From Chiloscyllium plagiosum (lineage: Eukaryota), in contig NC_057719.1 in NCBI RefSeq assembly GCF_004010195.1, positions 87,056,274 through 87,120,273 on the forward strand: a DNA stretch of 64,000 nt, written 5' to 3'. The notes under the pieces are model-generated. The model saw only the letters and a list, made by a program, of their open reading frames with translations. It was not told the origin of the DNA and did not search any database. This document shows positions 36,140-48,449 of this stretch, piece after piece. Each line of letters begins with the position of its first letter. The first letter of the stretch is position 1. A program made the translations under genes and the position numbers.

Positions 36140-38276
36140 CATCACCCTCATCTACAAGCGGAAGGGGGAGAGGGAGGAAATCAGAAATTGGAATCCAATC
36201 TCACTATTGAATGCGGATTACAAAAACTTGTCAAAGGTCATCGCCAACCGGGTCAGCTCTGCTCTGGGATCGATGATCCACCTTGATTAAACCTGTGCTG
36301 TGCCGGGCAGGAAGATTGCTGAGAATCTCTCACTCCTCAGGCATACGATCCCCTACATGCAGGACAGGGGGTTGGACACCAGCCTCATCAGCCTGGACCA
36401 GGAGAAAGCCTTTGGCAGGATATCGCATACGTATATGAGAGATGTTCTCTCCAAAATGGGCTTTGGGGAGGGAATCTGCAATTGGATCCGACTGCTCTAC
36501 ACCAACATTGTTAGTGCAGTCTCGATCAATGGGTGGGAATCAGATAGCTTCTCAGTCAGATCTGGAGTCAGGCAGGGCTGCCCTCTCTCTCTCCTGCCTT
36601 GTTTGTGTGCTGCATAGAGCCATTTGCCAAGTCCATCAGGAAGGATGCGAGCCTGAGAGGGGTGACTATTCCTGGCAGCCGGGGCCTACAGGTTAAGACC
36701 TCCCTGTACGTGGATGACGTTGCTGTTTTCTGCTCTGATCCGCTGTCTCTGCACAGACTCATGTGCATATGTGACCAGTTCGAACAGGCCTCTGGGGCCA
36801 AGATAAATCTAGGCAAGAGCGAGGCCATGCTCTTCGGGAACTGGGCCGACCAATCCTCCATCCCCTTCACCATCCGGACTGACCACCTGAAGTTGCTGGG
36901 TATTTGGTTCAGAGGGGCTGGGGCGTGCACCAAGTCTTGGGAGGATCGTATCAGGAAAGTGAGGCAGAAACTGGGCAGATGGAAGCTACGGTCGCTCTCC
37001 ATCGCAGGGAAAAAAACCTGGTCATCAGATGTGAGGCACTGTCGGTGTTATATGTGGCACAGGTCTGGCCTATTCCCAGAACCTGTGCTGTCGCAGTCAC
37101 CCGGGCCATCTTCCATTTTATATGGAGATCAAAGATGGACCATGTCCGAAGGGACTCGATGTATAAAAATATGGGCAAAGGGGGAGAAAACACACCCAGT
37201 GCCACCCTCACCCTGATGACCATCTTTGTGTGTGGCTGCATCAAGCTGTGCGTGGATCCCCTATACGCAAACATCAAGTGTCACTACGTACTGAGGTTCT
37301 ACCTGTCCCCTGTGTTGCGAAGGATGGGCCTGGCCTCGCTGCTGCGGAACGCTCCGAGTAGTTGGACCGTTCCATATCACCTGTCCTTCATGGAGAAATT
37401 TATGAAGAAAAACACCTTTGACCACAAGTCCATCAGGAAGTGGTCAGCATGTGGTGTCCTTGAGACTCTTTGGGAAAAGGAGAGGTTGGATCCTGTCGAG
37501 TGGTTCCCTGGGCAGATTGTCAAAGTCATTTGGCAGAATGCCTCATCGCCAGAACTTTCCAACAAGCACCAAGACATGGCTTGGCTGATGGTGAGAAGGG
37601 CTCTGCCTGTGAGATCCTTCATGCATGTCCGGACTCTCTCCTGCACCGCACCGCACCGCACCGCACCGCACGCTGCCATCAAAGCGGCTGTAGAGGGGGC
37701 GAGACTGTCATACACCACCTTCTGGAATGTACCTCTGCAAAGGAAGCCTGGAGAGGAATGCAGTGGTGTTTGTCGAGGTTCGTCCCGAGCAGCTCTGTGA
37801 CGTGGGACTTTGCTCTACGGTCTGTTCCCTGGGACGCACACTGAGATGAACATCAACTGTGCCTGGAGTATCATCAGCTCCGTGAAAGACGCTCTTTGGT
37901 CTGTCCGAAACCTGTTGATCTTCCAGCTGAAGGAGCTGACCCCTACTGAGTGTTTTGGACTGGCACATTCCAAGGTCCAGGACTGTGTTGAGGGACACGC
38001 TGAAGCTTGGGGCAGCTGCCGCCAAGGCGCGGTGGGGAAAGACCACTGTGTAACATCTGCCTGCCAAAGAAAAACAGGGGGGCCACTCAGTAAGTGGGCT
38101 CCGCTGAAGCCTCTGCTAAGTATATGGATGGTAAACATACAGACCTGTATATACGAATGATTAATTCCGATCTCTGTATGTAAAGAAGTGCAAGGTGCGC
38201 CTATGAATAGCACCACCAATTGTACACATCATCAAAATATTTTATGAATAAAGTATATTTTTGAAATAAAAATAAA
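36140..38276 (+). mobile_element. 5'-truncated Tx1/L1-clade LINE (RT plus C-terminal zinc knuckle), frameshifted
   Basis: SLDQEKAF, SGVRQGCPLS, SLYVDDVAVF, ETVIHHLLEC; aataaa and A-rich tail; exact 17-bp TSD gttactatctgaggttg at 36123-36139 and 38277-38293. Confidence 0.93.
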
Positions 38277-38704
38277 GTTACTATCTGAGGTTGTGCTCCT
38301 CCAGAAGTTTTGGTATTAGAACATTGAGAGGAGGTGTAGTTGATGTATTTACCTCTATTCTACCTGAAAGGCTGATGTATGAGTCAAGCTTTTAACCCAC
38401 TGGTTAGCATTAGTTATTTCCTTGGAATCTTAGAGTGAAAGTTAATTTCCACAAGTGTAGAGTTTTTCTTCACAGTTTTAAGCATATCTGAGAATTTAAA
38501 CATTTAAGTAATTTTAACTTTTTCTTTATTTTTTCCAATCCTATCCTCTTCCATTTTTAGTTCACATCTTGATCGAGAGTGTGGTGCATAACTTGATCTG
38601 GAATTAAAAATTCTAAGTTATATTTTCTACCTTAGACTAAGTAAAAATTCGTCAGTTTGGTTCAGGAAACTCAATCTTGCTGAAACAGTATTCTAATTGC
38701 TGAA

Positions 38705-39605
38705 GACATATTAGAGCAAAATTAGGCCATTCGGGCCATCAAGTCTGCTCTCCCATTCAATCATGGCTGATATGTTTCTCAACCCCACTCTCCTGCAACC
38801 CTCTAGCCTTTTACTAATCAAGAGCCTATCAATCTGTCTTAAAGACACTGAATGACTTTGCCAGAAAAGGCCATGAGTTGCACAGATTCATCACCCTCTG
38901 AAGAAATTCCTTCTCATCTTAGTTCTTAAGGCCTTCACTCCGATGCTGTACACTCTGGTCACAGTCTCTCGTAATAGTGGAAAAACCAGCTCCAAGTCCA
39001 CTGTATTCAGGCCTCTCAGTATTCTGTAAGTTTCAATAACATTCCCCTCAACCTTCTTAACTCCATTAAATACAGACCAGGGGTTCTCCTCCTCTCTTAT
39101 GACAAGTTCTTCATTCTTGGGATCATTATTATGAATCTTCTCTGGCATCCTCTAAGACCAGCACAGCTATCCTTCGATATGGGACCCAAAGCTGCTATCA
39201 ACATTGCAAATACGATCTGACCTGAGATTTATACAGCTTCAGCAGTACATTTCTACTCTTGTATTCTAGCCCTCTTGCAATGCCAACATTGCATTTGCAT
39301 TCCTAACTGGCAACTGAACCTACATGTTAACTTTTAAAAGAATCCTGAACTAGGACTCCGAAGTCCCATTGTGCTTCAGATTTATGAAGCATTTTCCTCA
39401 TTTAGAAAATAGTCTGCACTACTTATTATTCCCACTAAAGTGCATTACCTCATTTCTGGCGGTGCAATCCATTTACGTTTCTTTACCCACTTTCCTAGCC
39501 TCAGTCCTTCTGCAGCTTCCCCACTTCCTCAACACTACCTGTCCCTCTACCTATCTTTTGTGTCATCTTCAGCAGTGTCCTTCGTTCCTTCATCCAGATC
39601 ATCCA
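38705..39605 (-). mobile_element. CR1 3' fragment
   Basis: GNVIETYRILRGLNTVD...RTKMRRNFF on the minus strand; CR1 3' UTR. Confidence 0.8.
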
Positions 39606-39770
39606 TACAGCTCCGTATAAAAGCCATAAGTAGTATTGTAATGAACGACTAGCACTGTTGAATTGGTGCTAATGACAAAATCTGCAGTGTGATTGACTTT
39701 AACTGTGTAGTGTATTGATGTAATGCTTTTTCTGGGTTAACATTAATGTCCTGCCCTATATGTATCTCAG

Positions 39771-39996
39771 GTGACTGCTGTTCCACGGGACATCTACTGT
39801 TGTGATCGGGGTGCAGAGAACGAGCGTCGATTGATGAAGGAAGGTGGCCACCTCACTGTCAAGCAGTGCCTCTTGTATGGAACCCCAGAGCTAGCTCTTC
39901 ATTGGAGAAATCGGCTGTCTTTCTTCTTTCTTGAAAATCCTGGGGGTTTGTTAGCTGTTCAGTCGAGGCATGGCTGGTCCTTCATTAGGATTCCTG
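39771..39996 (+). CDS. INO80: INO80 coding exon (window exon 7)
   Basis: gtatctcag|GTG...CCTG|gtaaat; 226 nt, phase 0/1; VTAVPRDIYCCDRGAENERRLMKEGGHLTVKQCLLYGTPELALHWRNRLSFFFLENPGGLLAVQSRHGWSFIRIP. Confidence 0.95.
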
Positions 39997-40559
39997 GTAA
40001 ATAGATGAGAATTTCACTCCTCTGATTCTATTTTGTTAAATAAATATGTGAGAGTTATGTCAGAAGCTTAATCTTCAACTGTTATAAACTAGGCCCCAGA
40101 TCGTTGTTTTTTGTTTCTGTCAGGCATTGTTGTAACTACTACATTGAGGGAAGCTTGCTTGAAATTGACTTGTCGCTTGTGTGTTGGATTCGAGCAATCT
40201 GTAGATCAGTTCTGTCCTCTCAACACCTTGGGTTGTGTTCAATCCCATTGGCAACCCAGTTGCCCTATTTATAGGGTGTAGGCAATATCCAGCACATTGT
40301 GCAAGTGTAACTCAGTTGGCCCCTTAGTGTTGGTAAATGTATGTGTATTGACTATCAATTGTCTGGGGCTTTTTGGCTTACACGCAGTTCACAAAATTGC
40401 AGACATGACAGCAAGTGCCTGCAAAGTGAGCGGTTTATCTTTTCTCAACAATACTTTGAATTTAGTAACTCCTACTGGAGGAGTATTTGACTTCCGTAAT
40501 ACTGGTCTGTGATATCACTAGATTCTCTTTGTGACTGTTCTTTAACTGGAGATTTCATG

Positions 40560-43500
40560 TGGTTGAGCCTCACTGACAAGGGGTGGGGGCTAGCATTTGT
40601 TGCTCATTCCTAAATGCCCTTGAAAGCAGCACACCACTTTGGTTCTCTTGAGCTGTTAGGATCTGCCTGGTGTAGATATACCCACTATGATGTTAGGAAA
40701 GGTTCCAGCAGCATTTGAAGGAACAGTAATGTAGTTTCAAATTGGTATGATGTGTGGCTTTGAAGAGAACCTGTAAGTGATGGTGTTTCCATGCCTCTAA
40801 ATGGTACAGGTCGCAGTTTTGGTAGGTGCTATTAAAAATGACATTGTGATTTGTTGCAGTGCATCTTGTGAATAGTGCACACTGATAACATTGAGGGGGT
40901 GAATATTTAAGCTATCAAAGCTGTTTTTTTCTGTCCTGCAAAGTATGGAATGTCTTGAGTGTTCCACTCATCCAAGCAAGTAGGAAATGTTCCATCTCAC
41001 TCCTGCCTTGTGGGTAGGTCACTTCCAGGGAGTGAGGAAATAAGTCATTTGCTGCATAATTCCCAGATTATAGTCCACTTCAGTTTCTAATGGAATGATA
41101 ACCCCCCCCCCAAAATTAGGGCATTCAGCAATGAAAATGCCATTGAATGTCGTGGGGAGATGATTGGCTTTTCTCTTATTGGCACTTATGTTGCGAATGT
41201 CATATGCCACTTATCTGCCCAAGCCTGAAAGTTGTTTAGATCTTGCTGCTTATAGACATTGACTAAAGTCTCTGTAGGTCATAAATAGTATTGACATTGT
41301 ATAATTGTCAGTGAACATTCTTAACCTCTTATGATGAAGGAAAGCCATGTTTGTGTTGGACTCGGATGGGCAAAGTTAAAAATCTCAACACTCGGTTATA
41401 GTCCAACAGGTTTATTTGGAAGTACAAGCTTTCAGAGCACTGCTCCTTTGTTAGGTAGCTCGTGGGGCAGGATCATAGGATACAATTTTTATAGTAAAAC
41501 ATCAAAGCGTAATACAACTAATATGTTGTATTGAACAAACCCAGATTGCTGTTAAGTCTTTAATCACTTAGAATGGGGATGCAGGTTTTGATTGATATGT
41601 AAATCCCAGAACTACTTTCAAGTCACAGTCCTGAGAGAACATCTCCGCTCAGACAATGCATTAAAGATGTGAGGTTAGAGCTTGTCTGTATCCCAACCTT
41701 AAGTCAGACTGGTTTTATTTCCAAAGTAGAAATTTATTAAATCTCCCAGGCTGACTGCCTACTGATTGTGTGCGCTTTTTGAACAAAATAGAATGTGTCT
41801 GCAAATGCACGTACACCCATAGACTTATATATATGAGTGCATGTGTGGGCTTGGTAAAGTGTGTTTGAGTGTGACTGAGAGGGGGTGTGCGCAACCGCAC
41901 CATTGTTGTCAAACCAGCAGACATTGGAGGAGCCTTGCAGACTACTACAAGGATGTGTAGTAACTGCAAACACTGCGCGCAACTACCAACCTATCAACCA
42001 AAGATCACACCCGTGAACTAAATAGATCGATCAAGACTTGATCCAGTCCTCAGAGTACTCTACGCATACTCATCCCATGTATTTCTCACATGGGGGACTT
42101 CTACTGCCTTCCAGTGATACACAAAGCCAATGCACCTGGATGTCCCATCATATCAAGCAACAGGGCCCTGTGAGAGAACCTCTCTGGTGAAGATATCTTG
42201 AAACCCATTGTACATAGGATCCTAGCTTCTGTTGTGACACTACAGATTTCTTATAGAAACTCAGCACCCACGGGCCAGTCGAGCTGGCAACATGCCTTGT
42301 CGCGATGGACGTTTCAGCACTCTGCACCAGCATCCCCCACAACAATGGCATCGCTGCAACAGCCTTCGTACTCAATGCCAATAACTGCCAATCTCCAGGC
42401 ACTATCCTATGACTGATCAGTTTCATCCTCAACCACAATGTCTCTACCTTCGACAACCAGTTCTTACTCCAGACACACTGAACAGCCATGGGGACTAAAT
42501 TTGCACCCCAACATGCCAACGTTTTCATGCACATGTTCGAACAAGACGACTTTGCTGCCAACCAACACTACACACCAGATATATTGATGACATTTTCTTC
42601 CTCTGGACCCATGGCAAGGAGTCACTGAAATTACTACACAGTGATATCAAGAAACCACATCTCACCATCAGACATGCCATGGACTACTCTTAAGAATTGA
42701 TCTGGTTCTTGGACATGTCTCCATCAAGGACGGGCACCTCAGTACTGCAAGGCCACGGATAACCCTGATGCTGCATTTCTCGAGCTTCCACCACCCTAAA
42801 CACACTAAAACAGCGATTCCCTGCAGTCAAGCCCTATACACAGGATCGGTTCAGATGAACGCAGTGGACACCTGAAGGTACTCAAAGATGTCCTCATTAG
42901 AATGGGGTGCTTATCAACTCATTGATTGCCAATTCCAACATGCCACAGTGAGAAACTCTAATGACATCCTCAGGAAGCAGACATGGGATAAGACCGATAG
43001 GGTATCCTTCATTGTCCAGTACTACTCAGGAGCAGAGAAACTACACCATGTTCTTTGCAACTAGCAACACATTATCAATGAGGATGAGCACCTCACCAAG
43101 ATCTTCCCTCTGCTTCCACTTCTCTCCTTTAAACAATCAACAAACCTTAAACAGACCATTGTTCACAGCAAACTGCCCAGCCTTCAGGACAACATTGACC
43201 ACAACACCATGCAACCCTGTCATGGCATCCACTGCAAGACATGTCAGTGTTGACATGAATACTGCCATTACATGTGGAGACACCGCCCACCCCCTGCGCA
43301 ACAAGTACTCATGTGACTTTGCCAACGTTGTCTATCTCTTGTGCTGTAGGCAAGAATGCCCGATGCATGGTATATTGGTGCAGCCAAGCGGATGCTACGA
43401 CAAATGATGACTGGACACTGCAACAAATGCCAGACAGGGATCTCCCCTCCCAGTTTGGGCACATATCACCAGTCAAGGATATTCAGCCTTGGATTTTTGG

Positions 43501-44620
43501 GTGACCATCCTCCAAGGTGAACTTCAGGATACGCAGCAACAGAGTTGCTGAGCAGAGGCTGATAGCTAAGTTCAGTAACGAATAGGACGGCCTCAGCTGG
43601 CATCGTGGGTTCATGTCAAACTACCGGTGACCCCACCTGACTATACACTCGTACACACACTTACACAAGCGCACATACTCATAGACACTCTTGCGTTAAA
43701 TCACACTCTCATGCTCTCTCTCAGACACACATCCCCACACACACACATTCTCTCTTCTCTCTCTCTTCCTATACAAGCTCTCTCTCAAACGCACACACAT
43801 ACATATCCCACACTCACACACACACGCACCCTCTCACAGGCATATACTCTATCACACTCTAACATACTTAACTTTACCAAGCATGCTCATGTGTACTCAC
43901 TCTCACTCCTCCCTCTCTTCCGTACATGTGTGTATGCACACATATATGTCTATGGGGTGAATTTACATTTATAGATTTATATTTGCAGATACATTCTATT
44001 TTGTTCAAAAGCGCATAGTCTGTAGGCAGTCAGTCCATATGACATTTTATAAATTCCTACTTTGGGAATAGGCCCAGTCTCGCTCAAGGTTGGGATACAG
44101 ATGAACTCTAACCTCATGCCTTTACTGCATTGTCTGAGATGAGATGTCACTTTTTTTTGCTAAAACCTTAAGTTATCTCGGGACTGTGACTTGAAAGAAG
44201 TTGTGGGATTTACATTTTAATCAATCGAATCCTGTCTCCTCATTCTAAGTGATTTAAAGACTTAACCGCAATCTGTTTGTTCAATAGATCACATCAGTTG
44301 TATGACACTCTGATCTTTTACTATAAACTCTGTGTCCTGTGATCCTGCCCCACCAGATGCCTGACAAAGGATCAGCGCTCTGAAAGCTTGTACTTCCAAA
44401 TAAACCTGTTAGACTGTAACCTGGTATTGAGATTTTTAACTGATGATGGAAAGGTCATTAATGAAGCAGGTGAAGATGGTGAGCTTCAGGCTCCATCTTG
44501 AGGAACTCCTGCAGTGATATCCTGGAGCTGACATGATTGACATTAACAACCACAACCAGTTTCCTTTGTGCTAGGTATGACTGCAACCAATGGAGTATTT
44601 CTGATTTTTCCATGTACTTG
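40560..44620 (-). mobile_element. Decayed LINE (CR1/L2 group) interrupted by the PLE at 41350-44441
   Basis: Same family as 18790-19640; sequence resumes after the PLE with gaaaggtcattaatgaagcaggtgaagatggt...gaggaactcctgcag. Confidence 0.6.
41350..44441 (+). mobile_element. Penelope-like element (family B): inverted 5' terminal repeat, RT, GIY-YIG, 3' terminal repeat
   Basis: Remnants MDVSALCTSIPHNNGI, TAMGTKFAP, RYIDDIF, YSCDFANVVYLLCCRQEC; about 41374-41890 is the reverse complement of about 43825-44441. Confidence 0.92.
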
Positions 44621-45389
44621 TACTGGAGTTTAGAATGGGGCAGATGATAAAGAAGGATCAATACTTTGCCTGCTTTCTGTCAGGTATCTTGCAGATGTGG
44701 ATATGCAACAGAAGAGTCATGCAGGAGTACTAATCAAGCCATCTGCTACCGTTGTCCTCCGAGGTGATGAGTCTACTTTGAGGGAAATTGTAGAATCTTA
44801 AAATGACTAAAGAAAATTAATCCATTGACCAGTAAAATGTTAGATTTCTGCAAAAACAGTTTAACTGTTTCTTTTTATGTAGCCCTGCAAATATTTCCAT
44901 ACAGGAGTTCATTTATCAACTTCCTTTTTGAAAGCCATGATTTGAATCTGCCTCCACCACATCTTCAGGTGCTTTTCAGATTTAAACCACTTGCTGTGTA
45001 AAAACAATGTCCTTGAATATTTTGATTCTGTTGACAATCATCTTATATCCATGTCATCAAGCCGTTGGCCCTTTTGACAATGAGAGCAGTTTCTCTCGAA
45101 TTTTATAGATTACTCATGATTGTGAGCAATCTATCAAATCTCCTCAAATTCTTCTTTCTGAAAGAGAAGCTCCAGCTTCTCCAGTATACTCCTAACTGTT
45201 GGCTGTAATCATTGAAACCATTCTCTTAATGTTTGCATCCTTTTAACACAATTAAAGTTATGATAATACAGAAAAAGCCCACTGGGCCCACCGTGCCTCC
45301 TCTAACTCTTCTCACAAGTGTCATTTACACACTCAGTCTCATGCTGTTTCCCCATACTCTTGCACACCATTTCTGTGAAAGAAGTCATA

Positions 45390-45495
45390 GATAAAAACCG
45401 AAAGAACTGCAGATGCTGTAAATCAGAAGCAAAAACAGAAGTTGCTTGAAAAGCTCAGCAGGTCTGGCAACATCTGTGAAGAGGATGGGTCACCT
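45390..45495. repeat. Short repeat related to the PLE family-A terminal repeat
   Basis: actgcagatgctg...gaaaagctcagcaggtctggcaacatc resembles ctgcagatgctgg...gaaaagcacagcaggtcaggcagcatc. Confidence 0.55.
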
Positions 45496-45499
45496 ATCC

Positions 45500-47880
45500 A
45501 GCTTCTTGAGAATCATATGATTTGTTTTGTCCTAGACAGTTCTTGATGGTAGTGAAATCTGCAGACTCACCACTCTCTGGGTCAAGAAATTTCTCTTTAT
45601 CTCTGACATAAATGATTTACTCCATATTTTTAGACTGTGACCTCTGACTCTGGGTCCCCTCACTCGAGAACATCATTCCTGCATTTACAACACCGAGTCC
45701 TGTCAAACGTTTCTAAGTTTCAATGAGATCATCACCCCCACACGCCCCCAGTTCTTCTGATCTTGTTGTGAATATAATCTTAACAGTCCCACCTTCCCTC
45801 TGTTGCAAGAAATTGTCCTTCAGATAGGGGGCACAAACTGCATACACTATTCGAGAAATGGTCTCACTAAGGCCCTGTGTAATTGCACCAAGACATCCCT
45901 GCTTCTGTAGCCTAACACTGTCACTATGAAAACCAATATGCCATTTGCCGCCTTTAGTGCTTGCTGCACCTGTGTGCTTACTTTGTAAATGGTGTACAAG
46001 AACACTCCGATCTGATTGCACATTCTCTTCTCAGTTTCTACCCATTAAAAAATGTGCTTTTCATGTTTTTTGCTACCAAAGTGAATAATTTCATATTTAT
46101 TCACTTATACTGCATCTATGATGCATTTTCCTACTCATCTTGTCTGAATCACACTGAATCTCTGCATCCTCCTGTCAGCTTGTCCTCTCCCCCAGTTTTG
46201 TGCCCTCTGCAAATTTGGAGAAATTACATTTGGTTCCCTCTTTTAAATCATTAATGTATACTGTATTGTGAATAGCTGGGGTCCTAACACTGATCTTTGC
46301 GGTGCTCCACTAGTCACTGTCTGCCAGCCAGTTTTCTATCCATCTCAATATTCTATTCCCAATTCCATGGACTATAATTTTGTAGGGTATTGTCAAAAGC
46401 CTTTTAAAGTTCAAATAAACCACAAATACTGGCTCTTCCTCATGAACTCTACAGTTACATCCTTGAAGTCCAGTCGATTTGTCAAGCATGATTCCCTTTT
46501 ATAAACCTATGCTGACGCTATCTGATTCTGCCATTATTTTGCAAGCACTCTGTTATCAAATCTTTTATAAAGATCTCGAGCCCTCGCGGCGCCCCACCCC
46601 CACCACCCACTACCAATCTCAGGCTGACTGGTTCATAATTCCTGGTTTTCTCTCTACCTCCCTTTTTAAGTAGACAGGTTATATTAGCTACCTTTGAATC
46701 TTTAATAGGTATTCCAGCATCTGTAGAATCTTGAAAGATAACCACCAATGCATCCACTATTTCGAGGGCAACTTAAGTACTCTGGGATGTAGGTTATCAG
46801 ACCCTAAGATTTGACACCAGCCTTCAACCCCATTAATTTCCTCAGCATCATTTCCCTATGAATACTGATTTACTTAAGTTCCTCCTCCTTACTGAACCCA
46901 AATGTGTTCCCCATTGTTTCCAGTGTCTTGTGTCCCCTTTGTATACACAGTACCAATGTTCATATTTAGTTTGTCAGCCTTTTCTTCGTTCACCGTTATA
47001 AATTCCTCTTTCTGACCATAAGGGACCCACATTTGTCTTCAATCTTTTTCTCTTCACACATCTATTCACACTGTTTTTACAGTCACTTCTTTTGTTCTCC
47101 ACAAGCTTAGTCCTGTATGCTGTCTTCCCTTTCTTAATCAATCCCTGCTCCCACTCCTCAGTTCTGTTTCTTATCTGGCCAATTTGTATGACTTCTCTTT
47201 AGATCTAATACTACCTCTTAGCTCAGCAAGCAAACCTATATCCAGACCCTCAGCCTGAGCTACAAATCTTCTCAAAACTCACTAACTATCTCTTAATTTC
47301 CTTTGTAAGACATGGTTTAGACACCTTTTGCATTTAACTTTTGTGTCAGGCAGCAATGAGCAATTATTGCAATTCACTCACTGGCTCTTTGAATGTTTGC
47401 CATTGTCGTTCCGCTGTAATCCCTTTAAGTAACGTCTCCCAATCTATCATAGCCAACTTGTGCCTGATAGCATCATAGTTTCTTCTATTTAAATTCAGGT
47501 TCCTAGTCTCAAAATCAACTACACCTCTCTCCATCTTGAAGAATTCTCTGACGTTATGGTCACTCATCCCAAATGGGCCACACACAACCAGATTGCCAGT
47601 ATCCCTTTCTCATTGCATTCTTCAATGTATTGGCCCAGGAAACCATCCCATATGCACACTAAAAATTCTGCCTCTGTGCCTTGTTATTGATTCAGGTTGC
47701 CCAATCTATATGCAAAATAACCATCTATATTTATACTTGTTGCATACATCTCAAATTTCCTGTTTAATGCAATTTCCAATAACATTTATATAGTTTATAT
47801 ACAATTTCCATTAACGTTTTTTGTCTCTTGCTGTTTCTCAGCTCCACTGATGCAGATTCCACCCCGTTAAAGCTTCTCAC
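45500..47880 (-). mobile_element. Old CR1 LINE, decayed ORF2
   Basis: Minus ORFs DALVVIFQDS...VANITCLLKKGGREKTRNYEPVSL and PFGMSDHNV. Confidence 0.82.
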
Positions 47881-48449
47881 TCTTGCATTAGTTGCAGTGT
47901 TACTGATGCCTTCTTTTCTGAAGAAGGGTTCCTGCCAGACCTCCTAAATAGCTCTAGCAATTTCAGTCTTGATGCCCCTTTTTCTCTAAAACCTTGCATC
48001 CGGGTATACTTAGGGTAGGACTAGGTACTTGGTTCAACCAGGTGTTTGTTCTCTCATTATTTATTATTGCAGTGTTACCTTCGCACCCAATTTTTGTGCA
48101 TCTTATTTTTCGTGTATAATGGTATGTTCTAGTTCCCACTCCTTCACCAAATCACTTCAAAAAGTCTCCAACACCATCAAACTGCATTGCAGTGGACAGT
48201 GGTATCTTGTTTGTTCACAAATGCAGCTGTCTGAGTTACGACCCTACACATGCATCCCCGTGAAGTGTAGTTATGATTGATGCCCATGCTTGCTTACAAA
48301 TGTTAGGTTTGCCGTATTTATGTGTGTAATTTAATTCAGAAGAGGCCTTTCAGCCCATCAAGTCTGTAGCACCAAGCGTATGCTAAATCTACACTTTGCA
48401 ACACTTGCCATTTACCTTCCAAGTGTGCCTCCTTGTTAATCCAATCTTT

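Noticed and set aside
43627..43974. His/Thr/Leu-rich ORF
   Set aside because: Translation of a CA/CT low-complexity tract inside the Penelope 3' region
47921..47940. ctgaagaagggttcctgcc, a partial family-A-like hammerhead 5' half
   Set aside because: No GAAA or stem III follows and no terminal-repeat tail is present; may be chance or a tiny remnant
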